From positions 64,001-128,000 of IMG/VR virus record IMGVR_UViG_3300042013_000067: 64,000 bases of DNA, one strand, 5' to 3'. The translations under genes were made by a program, and so were the position numbers. This DNA comes from a virus. Taxonomy: Duplodnaviria > Caudoviricetes. Below the pieces are notes generated by a model. The model ran no database searches, was not told the DNA's origin, and worked only from the letters and a program-made list of their open reading frames with translations. How positions within the stretch are numbered: position 1 is the stretch's first letter; each line of letters starts with the position of its first letter. Of this stretch, positions 19,840 to 27,060 are shown in pieces.

Positions 19840-20055
19840 ATGAACATGATCAAAACTGCTTTCGCTAAAGTTAAGCCATTCGCCAAAACCGCTGGCATCG
19901 TTGCCGGTAGTGCTGTGGTCGCTGGTGGTGCCTACTTGGCCTACCAAGCTCTGCGTGGTGGTGGTGCAGAAGCAGCAGCGGAAGCTGTGAGCGCAGTGGC
20001 TGACGCCGCTGCTGAAACCGTGACCAATGCTGTAGCAGCCGCCCTGCGCGGTTGA
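19840..20055 (+). CDS. Small Ala-rich single-TM protein
   Basis: 71 aa; TM segment AGIVAGSAVVAGGAYLAYQAL. SD AGGAG, with its own promoter and terminator. Confidence 0.8.
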   Translation: MNMIKTAFAKVKPFAKTAGIVAGSAVVAGGAYLAYQALRGGGAEAAAEAVSAVADAAAETVTNAVAAALRG

Positions 20056-20061
20056 TATAGT

Positions 20062-20103
20062 AGGGGTGGGGCCTTCGGGCCCCATTCCCTGTTTTTCCTT
20101 TTT
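20062..20103 (+). terminator. Intrinsic terminator
   Basis: GGGGTGGGGCC-TTCG-GGCCCATTCCC followed by T-rich tract. Confidence 0.8.
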
Positions 20104-20118
20104 TGTTAGGAGTGCGTC

Positions 20119-20499
20119 ATGTCAGAAGAAAACCTGTCGTCGGATCCTGAACAGATCAAGGCGACGTTAGCAGCATTGGCTGCAAAGTACGGCGAGCACC
20201 TTCGCAAGTTCAGTGAACTTAAACCCGGTACCATTCTCAAAGTGTACCGTAACCACAGTAACCCACTCGCCCATCCCTACGTGGAGAACTGGGTTGAACA
20301 ACTGGCGGTGGTGATCGAGATCCAACCTGTGTTCGTCTGGGTATACAACACCCCACATCAGCTACCAAAGATGGCCGCCCTCAAGTTCGAGGATCGTGTC
20401 TTGGTTCAGGTTGAAGATGCTGGTAGTGAACCACGCTTGCTTTCCATGTATGGCAAATGGGAAGTGTACAACACTGATGCAGCTCCTAGCGCACTGTGA
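20119..20499 (+). CDS. Hypothetical protein
   Basis: 126 aa with SD AGGAG; possible SH3-like beta content (LKPGTILKVY). Confidence 0.7.
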   Translation: MSEENLSSDPEQIKATLAALAAKYGEHLRKFSELKPGTILKVYRNHSNPLAHPYVENWVEQLAVVIEIQPVFVWVYNTPHQLPKMAALKFEDRVLVQVEDAGSEPRLLSMYGKWEVYNTDAAPSAL

Positions 20500-20941
20500 T
20501 CTGTTTGAGACCCCAGGCGATGTTCGAGTCATTACGGTAAACTGTAAAGGCGCTATGGGTCTGGGTGTTGCACAGACCTTTCGAGATCGCTATAAAAAGC
20601 AATACTGGGAATACAAGCGCCGTTGCCATGGTGGCTTTGTACACCTAGGGGTGCCTGAACTGATTGTTACCGATGACGGACTTAAGTGGTTGTTGTTTCC
20701 CACTAAGTACGATTGGCGACACGCTTCAGAATACCACTGGATTCATTGGGGTCTTCAGTTTATCATCGAGAATATCGGTGAACCCGACTTCGTACAACAC
20801 GACGAGAAGATCGTGTTCCCGCCTTTAGGGTGTGGACATGGGCAATTAGACTTCCGTCATATTCACCGACTCATGGGCATGTTCGATGGACACGTCCCAA
20901 ACCCTATCGTACTTATAGCACCACAGGACTACGACATATGA
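20477..20941 (+). CDS. Macrodomain ADP-ribosylhydrolase, DarG/TARG1-like
   Basis: Start moved to ATG 20477. CDLF...[18 protein letters not shown]...[11 protein letters not shown]...I.WGL...[15 protein letters not shown] aligns with DarG macro motifs GNLL / VNTVGVMGKGIA / NFPTK.HWR / PPLGCGNGGLDW, including the FPTK lysine. Confidence 0.85.
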   Translation: MQLLAHCDLFETPGDVRVITVNCKGAMGLGVAQTFRDRYKKQYWEYKRRCHGGFVHLGVPELIVTDDGLKWLLFPTKYDWRHASEYHWIHWGLQFIIENIGEPDFVQHDEKIVFPPLGCGHGQLDFRHIHRLMGMFDGHVPNPIVLIAPQDYDI

Positions 20942-21384
20942 AGCCACTACGTCAAGCAGTTTACTCCAGCCGTACTGCAGACAAGTTCGTTGTGCGTCTG
21001 CCGGATGGCATGCGTGAGAAGATCAGCGAACGTGCACGGCTTAACCACCGCTCGATGAACTCACAGATCGTGGCCACACTGGAGAAAGATCTGGCAATCG
21101 AGTTGACCGAGGCAGAGCGGGCATTGTTGGAACAGGAAGCACATACCCGCAACGACGTCACTACACCGGTGTCAGTGGGTATGTTGGCCTATTATCACTT
21201 CGACGAGAAACCCGACGAGTTTTCCTTGGGTGTGATCACCGCCATTGCTGTAAGCTTCGACGACAAGGTATTGGTTACCTTCGACATCTCGCCTAAGCAG
21301 TGGCCTACCAACATCGTCGGTTCACTCAACGGCGACCCACGCCGCTGGTTCCCAATTGCCAACATCAAACCTTTCCTGATCTAA
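20938..21384 (+). CDS. AmrZ-like Arc/ribbon-helix-helix DNA-binding protein with a phage-specific C-terminal domain
   Basis: Start at ATG 20938 (ATGA overlap). [49 protein letters not shown] closely matches the Pseudomonas AmrZ N-terminus ([41 protein letters not shown]). Confidence 0.85.
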   Translation: MKPLRQAVYSSRTADKFVVRLPDGMREKISERARLNHRSMNSQIVATLEKDLAIELTEAERALLEQEAHTRNDVTTPVSVGMLAYYHFDEKPDEFSLGVITAIAVSFDDKVLVTFDISPKQWPTNIVGSLNGDPRRWFPIANIKPFLI

Positions 21385-21400
21385 CCACAAGGGGCGTTAT

Positions 21401-21766
21401 ATGGATCAGCTTATGGCTGCCTACGAGCAGCTGCTTGCTGTCTACGATGTGTTACACGGAATGGCGCAACAGAACATTCTCGTGATCCTCATCGTTAACG
21501 CCCTGACTACCTTTGCCTTGGCTTTTGCCAAAGCATTCCAGTCCCGCAACATCGTACTGGGTCACTACTGGGCTGCGTACGTTACGTCTTGGGGTGTCAC
21601 TACCCTTGAGGTAACGAACATCAGTCTGATTGTGGTAGGTGGTTGGTGGTTGATATTCTCCGCCGGGTTCGGCGGTTCCCTAGGTTGTGTGGTCGCCATG
21701 GCCATGCACGAAAAATACTTCATGACGCGAAAGCTTGCCGAGGAGGCAAACCATGAAAAATACTAA
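21401..21766 (+). CDS. Multi-pass membrane protein (phage family with FQ.RN...GHY motif)
   Basis: AFQSRNIVLGHYWAAYVTSWGVTTLEV...GGWW...GFGGSLGCVVAM; about 3-4 hydrophobic segments. Confidence 0.75.
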   Translation: MDQLMAAYEQLLAVYDVLHGMAQQNILVILIVNALTTFALAFAKAFQSRNIVLGHYWAAYVTSWGVTTLEVTNISLIVVGGWWLIFSAGFGGSLGCVVAMAMHEKYFMTRKLAEEANHEKY

Positions 21767-22532
21767 GACTACTGGCATCGTATTCACCACTCCGTTCAGC
21801 TCCCTGATCGAACCCCTGAAACAGACCGACCTGGTCAACCTCAAAGCCATGCCGATGGAAAGCATCCCAGCCGGCGCTAACCCGTTTCACCACGATGCCT
21901 CCAGCATGGGCACTAACCTGTCTCGTGGCTGGATGATGATGCATCAAGGTGAGTTCTCGGATCACGGTCTGACTCAACCGTACTTGGTCAACACGGTTAC
22001 AGGTCAACGCTTTCTGCTGAACTTCGAAGCGCAAGAAGACACCTACGTCGATGCCGTGTGGTGTGGCAAGTTGGACATCGACCACGGTGAGCTATACGTG
22101 TGGAGCCGCAGCTACCAGTTCGCTGAGTTCTACACACTGCTCGACCATCTGCGCATCAAGTCGATGGGTAAGCAAGGGTTGGTGCGTGGCTACAAGCATT
22201 CTCCGGTTTATGTCTACGTCGGTGAATACTTCGTGCGTTACGACGTGGTGTGTGATGGTGAGGCATTCGATAAGTGGTGCAAGGAAAACGATCTGCTGAT
22301 CGAACGTGACGACCCTGCGGTCATCGCGGCCAAGCGTTATGAATCGGCACAGTTGATGGTAGCCGCCACCAATGACCAAGTCGGTCCTGTCGTGATCATT
22401 GACGAGGATTCAATCCGTAAACGTCTGGTGTTTGATGAGCGTGAACATACAGCCAATGACGTCCTGCGTGCAAAGCATGGACTGCCAATGGACAAAGGCG
22501 TTACCGTAAGAGTCATTCCAGATGGTGAGTGA
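21753..22532 (+). CDS. Hypothetical protein
   Basis: ATG 21753 after GAGGAGG. 259 aa. Confidence 0.75.
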   Translation: MKNTKTTGIVFTTPFSSLIEPLKQTDLVNLKAMPMESIPAGANPFHHDASSMGTNLSRGWMMMHQGEFSDHGLTQPYLVNTVTGQRFLLNFEAQEDTYVDAVWCGKLDIDHGELYVWSRSYQFAEFYTLLDHLRIKSMGKQGLVRGYKHSPVYVYVGEYFVRYDVVCDGEAFDKWCKENDLLIERDDPAVIAAKRYESAQLMVAATNDQVGPVVIIDEDSIRKRLVFDEREHTANDVLRAKHGLPMDKGVTVRVIPDGE

Positions 22533-22570
22533 CGAGTTACAAGTAGTCATTTTCAACTTCCACTAAACAG

Positions 22571-22603
22571 CATAAAGCCGCTCCCTCCGGGGAGCGGACT
22601 ATG
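22571..22603. terminator. Conserved palindromic hairpin
   Basis: CATAAAGCCGCTCCC-TCCG-GGGAGCGGACTATG. Confidence 0.75.
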
Positions 22604-22640
22604 ACTGCCACTAACTAAACAGACCCTTAGGGACTAACAA

Positions 22641-22829
22641 ATGAAAACTTTTAAATCCGTGTTCAATGCTCTGGTAGTTGCTGTATCCCTCGGTAGCTCT
22701 GTGTCGGCTGTGGCAGTTATGGTTCAGGTTGGCAACAACCCAACCCCTCAAGTCACTGACGATCGCGTAGTGCTCGGTCATCGCGTAACACCCGGCGGTC
22801 AAGAGGTACTGGTGTACGCACAGCAATAA
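22641..22829 (+). CDS. Small hydrophobic/membrane protein
   Basis: 62 aa; hydrophobic VFNALVVAVSLGSSVSAVAVMV. Confidence 0.6.
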   Translation: MKTFKSVFNALVVAVSLGSSVSAVAVMVQVGNNPTPQVTDDRVVLGHRVTPGGQEVLVYAQQ

Positions 22830-22895
22830 CCAAACCAACGTGCATACTTTCATTAGCACGATTAAGATTATCAGAAACTTTTGCGAGAATAGACA

Positions 22896-23129
22896 ATGAG
22901 TGACTTCTTTGAAATGCGTGCTGCCCTTGAGCGTAAGAAAGCTGAGGATGCAGATCGCAAACTGCATGGTCGCATTTATCAGGCCATGTTGGTAATGCTC
23001 ATCGGTGTGGCTTTTGGAGTCACCAGTGGTATTGATCAGCTGGAACAACCAGTGGGTCAAGTAAGTGTTAGTCACTGCAAGCAAGACTGTTTGCGTTCTA
23101 CCTACCTTGTATCAACTACCCACCCGTAA
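22896..23129 (+). CDS. Small single-TM protein
   Basis: 77 aa; TM segment IYQAMLVMLIGVAFGVTSGI. Confidence 0.6.
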   Translation: MSDFFEMRAALERKKAEDADRKLHGRIYQAMLVMLIGVAFGVTSGIDQLEQPVGQVSVSHCKQDCLRSTYLVSTTHP

Positions 23130-23140
23130 GGAGTTTCACC

Positions 23141-23482
23141 ATGTCAGTTAAAATCGGTGGCTTTGCCGCCTTCTGTATCGCCCTGGTTATCGCCGGTGGT
23201 GTTGAACGCATCGTTCACACTGTCGTTAACCGCAACAAGTCGGTTTGCTCTCCCCCGACGCCCAAGCAAGATGCATTCTGGGCTGAGTTCGCTACCAAGC
23301 TGGCTGAGCTGCGAGCAGCATCGCCGACCATCTCAGCCGAGGAGCTACCGACCAAGCTGAAGGAAAGCTTGCAAACGGCCTACGACGCAGCACTGGCCGA
23401 GTGCTCAAGTTCCTATGAGGTCGATGGTTTCCTGGAGCAGCTGGACAGGAAACTGGCGGCTCTGGGTCGTCTCTCCGAGTGA
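23141..23482 (+). CDS. Membrane-anchored helical protein
   Basis: 113 aa; N-terminal GGFAAFCIALVIAGGV; SD AAGGAG. Confidence 0.7.
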   Translation: MSVKIGGFAAFCIALVIAGGVERIVHTVVNRNKSVCSPPTPKQDAFWAEFATKLAELRAASPTISAEELPTKLKESLQTAYDAALAECSSSYEVDGFLEQLDRKLAALGRLSE

Positions 23483-23488
23483 CCACCA

Positions 23489-23510
23489 CCCACCTCTGTA
23501 AAGGGGTGGG
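23489..23510 (+). terminator. Hairpin, terminator candidate
   Basis: CCCACCTCT-GTAA-AGGGGTGGG then ATTTATT. Confidence 0.55.
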
Positions 23511-23564
23511 ATTTATTCCTTGTATCGCAATACTTTTTATCTAACCAACCATAGGTGATACGCA

Positions 23565-23939
23565 ATGACTAATGAAGCAAACAGACCACAGCACCTCAAT
23601 GGGGTCACCCTTAAAGAAATGGCTGATCACGCCTGTACACTGGCCGCACTCGGGTACGGACACTGGCACCGCTGGGAGTTCGCTAAGCACACTGGAGTGG
23701 TTTACGCCACTGATACGTACTGTGTGTTCTTCAATGCTAAAGGAGTTGCTTTCACTGGCAGCTTTAGTGTGTTTGCAAACACACGTTACAAAACTCGTTT
23801 CATGGATATCGCTACGGCGTTACACGCCAAGCAAAAGGATCTGGGGCCACTCTTCGAAAACATGGATGAGTTGATCATCGGTGAAGACGGGTGTACTCTG
23901 GACGCTGACTCACTCGACGTATTTTGCGCTAGTCTTTAA
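23565..23939 (+). CDS. Hypothetical protein
   Basis: 124 aa; SD AGGT. Confidence 0.7.
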   Translation: MTNEANRPQHLNGVTLKEMADHACTLAALGYGHWHRWEFAKHTGVVYATDTYCVFFNAKGVAFTGSFSVFANTRYKTRFMDIATALHAKQKDLGPLFENMDELIIGEDGCTLDADSLDVFCASL

Positions 23940-23952
23940 TAGGAGTCTTACA

Positions 23953-24273
23953 GTGAACTACTACGAAATAATGATGTTTGTTTTATACTCCCCATGGGGT
24001 TGGGCTATCATCGGTGTATTGCTGGCGACCTTTATCTTTGCCAACATAATGGTCGATGCAACAACCAACATCGAACAGGCAACCATCTTGGTCATCGATC
24101 CTGATGGCCCATATCCGGACTTAACCCGTGAAGCATTCCATAGCCTCGCGCAAGATATCCCACTATACGAAACCAGAGCGTTCTGGGCCTACACACGAGC
24201 TGTCGCAGTAATTACCTTGATTGTCATCGTGTGTGTTCCGTTCTTCTTCACGTACTCAGGCTACGCCAGCTAA
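23953..24273 (+). CDS. Two-TM membrane protein
   Basis: GTG 23953 after AGGAG. Hydrophobic WAIIGVLLATFIFANIMV and AVAVITLIVIVCVPFFF. Confidence 0.65.
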   Translation: MNYYEIMMFVLYSPWGWAIIGVLLATFIFANIMVDATTNIEQATILVIDPDGPYPDLTREAFHSLAQDIPLYETRAFWAYTRAVAVITLIVIVCVPFFFTYSGYAS

Positions 24274-24283
24274 CTACCCATGA

Positions 24284-24323
24284 CGACATAAAGCCCCTCC
24301 CTAACCGGGAGGGGCCTATGCCG
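24284..24323. terminator. Conserved palindromic hairpin at a convergent junction
   Basis: CGACATAAAGCCCCTCCC-TAACC-GGGAGGGGCCTATGCCG. Confidence 0.8.
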
Positions 24324-24333
24324 CTTTTTCTTT

Positions 24334-24795
24334 TTAGCCGCCGTAGTCAGCGTAGATCGTACAATCTGCTTTGGCCTCGTAGCGCACGTAGTTGTTGGCG
24401 TCCGTCAACACGATCTGGTAGCAGACATGGACATTCAAGCCCAAGCGCTGCCAGTAAGCCTCGAACACACCCCAGTTCTCGATGGCAAGGTCAGGGTGAA
24501 CCACTGCGGCCTGAGTCTTGAACTCAGCCATGAAGTGATGCATGTTATCCCGACGGATGTAGATGTAGATCGGCTTACGTTTTTCTGGATAGCGAACCTG
24601 GTGTTGAATGGTTACCAGAATCTCCCGTACGAAGTTCTCGTAGTTCCTGTCCTCCCTCGGAATGATTCGAGCAACCGCCTGTAGGAAGTAGTGGGGATTG
24701 ACCCGACATTCTTCCAGAATCATTCCCTTCTGCTCAAGGGTCAACATAGGGTCGAATGGATCGACCCCTTCCAGCTTCGAGTTGCTCAGTGTCAT
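24334..24795 (-). CDS. Small protein carrying a terminase-large-subunit N-terminal-like motif
   Basis: Start ATG 24795, overlapping the DnaB stop (ATGA). KLEGVDPFDPMLTLEQKGMILEECRVNPHYFLQAVARI resembles the DP.DP.LT.EQK..I..EC..NPWYF.REV.R segment of phiKZ-type terminases. No Walker A follows. Confidence 0.6.
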   Translation of the reverse strand: MTLSNSKLEGVDPFDPMLTLEQKGMILEECRVNPHYFLQAVARIIPREDRNYENFVREILVTIQHQVRYPEKRKPIYIYIRRDNMHHFMAEFKTQAAVVHPDLAIENWGVFEAYWQRLGLNVHVCYQIVLTDANNYVRYEAKADCTIYADYGG

Positions 24796-26330
24796 GCTGC
24801 CTCCCACCATGGGTTCTCATCCTCAGTACCGGCACGACCACCACCTGGAGCAGCAACACTACGGTCTTCACCATCGATATCCCAAGGGATTGTACCGATG
24901 ACTTCAAACGGCAGTACAGCGTACTGATCTTTAGATGCAGTCACGTTGTTACGGTGTTTACCACGTGCAATGGTCAGGTACTTCCGACCATTGACTTCGA
25001 CGATGTGGATCATCAGCTCTAGGTCTGGTTCTTGACCTAGACGCTTACAGCCATCGTAGTAGCCCTTGTTAGCCACGTTACGGACAAAGTCATCGACGTT
25101 GTCACGAATGAGCAACAGAGCTTCCGAGGAGAGCTGGTGTGGGGTGAGGAAGGTGATGCCGCGTGGCGAGGTGTAGTTACGCACACGACGGAACAACAGA
25201 CGAATGTCATCACCTGCTACCTTAGCATCCAAGCCGGTCTTCGGCAGCATGTTCAGGTAGTCGACGATCAACATCTGGATCTCGTAGCCTTCAGCGATCA
25301 GGCCATCCAAATGTTGAGTCAGCGATGCAGCAGAGAACTCGGTCGGGTCGAAGCGATCCATCCGAACTTCGAAGCCAGTCTCACGCAGTCGTGCCGAGAC
25401 ATAAGCCGAAGCTTCTTGAATGTTGATCTGATCTTCGATAACCGGTTGACCAGTCTCGTTCTCCTTGAGGTACTTATACACCCACAACAGGTTGTCAGCC
25501 ACCTCGTTCTCAAACGAGATAAACTGAATCAGAGGTTTCTTGGTGACGTCTCGCATCACTGGCTTGTTGAACAAGCAGAAGTGAACGAACAGCGACATCA
25601 TAAAGCCAGACTTGAACTGGTGCTGCAAACCACCGACGATGCCAAACTCACCGCGCTTGACTGCACCGATCTTACCCAGCATCCGGTTCAGGCATTGCCA
25701 GCCAGTACGGAAGGCACCTTCAGTCGACAGCAGGTCTTTAACTGCACCAAACTGTTCTTCTAGAGCCGCTAGATCCGAGAAGTCCATCCCACCCATTTGT
25801 GCCGGGTGGTTCAGCCGCTCACGTGCTGTGATGTAGGGTTCCAACCGCATGCCCATCTCAGCCATCTCGGTAACCACATCGGCTACAGAGCTACGCTTAA
25901 AGGTGAGCTTGTGGTGGTATTCCTTAAGGATGCTGGTGATGGTTGCTTCGTTTAGGTAAGCCGAAAGCTTACGACGATATGAGTGAATACGTTTAATGAT
26001 CTCCGACGAATCGGTAAACGTTTCGGTCAATGCAATAGCCAACGCTTCGTAGAGGTAGTCTTCCTCACGGCAGGCTACCTTCAACTGCTGAAGGATTTCA
26101 GTGTCAGTTGGGAAGTCGTCTGTACGCTGAGCGCACAGCCAGACCACAATCTTGTAGACCTCGGTAAAGATCTGACGACCACTGTCGATATCAATCGTGG
26201 TCTCAGGTTGCGGGAGCGAGTTGACGATCTCGGTGATGATATTGGTGGACGGAGAAGTAGCCACCCCAGGACGATGTTCGAGGCACAACAAGCTAATGCA
26301 CTGGATTAGTAGCTGTTTAGGAGTAAACAT
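24792..26330 (-). CDS. dnaB: DnaB-like replicative helicase (phiKZ gp118-like)
   Basis: 512 aa. TGWQCLNRML, Walker A variant GGLQHQFKSG, ISFENE, Walker B IVDYLNML, TPHQLS, ARGKHR. Confidence 0.92.
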   Translation of the reverse strand: MFTPKQLLIQCISLLCLEHRPGVATSPSTNIITEIVNSLPQPETTIDIDSGRQIFTEVYKIVVWLCAQRTDDFPTDTEILQQLKVACREEDYLYEALAIALTETFTDSSEIIKRIHSYRRKLSAYLNEATITSILKEYHHKLTFKRSSVADVVTEMAEMGMRLEPYITARERLNHPAQMGGMDFSDLAALEEQFGAVKDLLSTEGAFRTGWQCLNRMLGKIGAVKRGEFGIVGGLQHQFKSGFMMSLFVHFCLFNKPVMRDVTKKPLIQFISFENEVADNLLWVYKYLKENETGQPVIEDQINIQEASAYVSARLRETGFEVRMDRFDPTEFSAASLTQHLDGLIAEGYEIQMLIVDYLNMLPKTGLDAKVAGDDIRLLFRRVRNYTSPRGITFLTPHQLSSEALLLIRDNVDDFVRNVANKGYYDGCKRLGQEPDLELMIHIVEVNGRKYLTIARGKHRNNVTASKDQYAVLPFEVIGTIPWDIDGEDRSVAAPGGGRAGTEDENPWWEAA

Positions 26331-26437
26331 TTATTTTGTAATCCGTAACCGAGTGTTTTTACTAACGTATCATCTATCGTGTCTGTATTAGTTTGTAGAG
26401 TATATTTGTATGAAGGTTTTGACACCCAAGAAAGCCT

Positions 26438-26971
26438 ATGTTTCCCCCAGGTGAACGCGATATGACTACGTTAGTGGTAGTACCGAAGGACGTCGCCGCC
26501 GTCATTGAAGGCCAGGGTCTGAACTTTGACCTCTTCAAAGATACCAACAGTATGTTGAAGTATCTGTCCGCTGCTGACGTGGCCGACATCGTGATTGCGT
26601 CGAACGACTTCCCTTTCGATTACGGTTCCATGTTTACTATTGATATGGAACAAAAGCTGCATGAGTACATGCAGACCAACGAACTTGCCGATAAAGCGCG
26701 CCGGATCCAGAGTCGTATTGAAACCGCCCAGCTCAAGTTTGCTGCGGAGGTTGATCACTTTGTGTCGTCGTATCAGCTTTATTGTGTAGACGAGAAGTTA
26801 TGGGTTGCGGTGCAGCAGAGGCAGCACATCGGTGATAGCGATCCTAAACGGCTACTCCTGAAAGTGAACAGCGCGTTCTTTGACGCACTGCTTGCTCAAG
26901 CATTGCATACTACATCTTTTGAGAAAGTGTGCGCCACCAACCTGTTCAACGATTATTTGAGCTCGCTCTGA
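26438..26971 (+). CDS. Conserved protein upstream of the capsid gene (phiKZ gp119 position; probable virion protein)
   Basis: 177 aa ORF located between DnaB and the major capsid gene, as in phiKZ. Confidence 0.7.
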   Translation: MFPPGERDMTTLVVVPKDVAAVIEGQGLNFDLFKDTNSMLKYLSAADVADIVIASNDFPFDYGSMFTIDMEQKLHEYMQTNELADKARRIQSRIETAQLKFAAEVDHFVSSYQLYCVDEKLWVAVQQRQHIGDSDPKRLLLKVNSAFFDALLAQALHTTSFEKVCATNLFNDYLSSL

Positions 26972-26980
26972 TTTGTACAC

Positions 26981-26992
26981 TTATGTGTATGG
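26981..26992 (+). promoter_or_regulatory. Candidate late promoter (TATG motifs) for the major capsid gene
   Basis: TTATGTGTATGG in the capsid leader. phiKZ late promoters carry a TATG consensus, but the motif is short. Confidence 0.35.
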
Positions 26993-27060
26993 GTTCGTGC
27001 CTGTTTAGGTAACCCTGCTTAAGCAGCAAAACAGAAAACTCCTCTATAGGGAACCGTTCC

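Noticed and set aside
20396-20476. Track-predicted N-terminal extensions (also 18825, 20830, 23881, 34943, 48722, 54167, 61336)
   Set aside because: They overlap upstream genes or hairpins. Downstream starts with an SD or ATGA coupling fit the domain boundaries better.
22533-22895. Intergenic stretches checked for tRNA or structured ncRNA (also 12257-12359, 26331-26437, 29278-29438)
   Set aside because: No cloverleaf or T-loop (GTTCRA) context and no extended conserved structure, only terminator-type hairpins and AT-rich promoter-like sequence.
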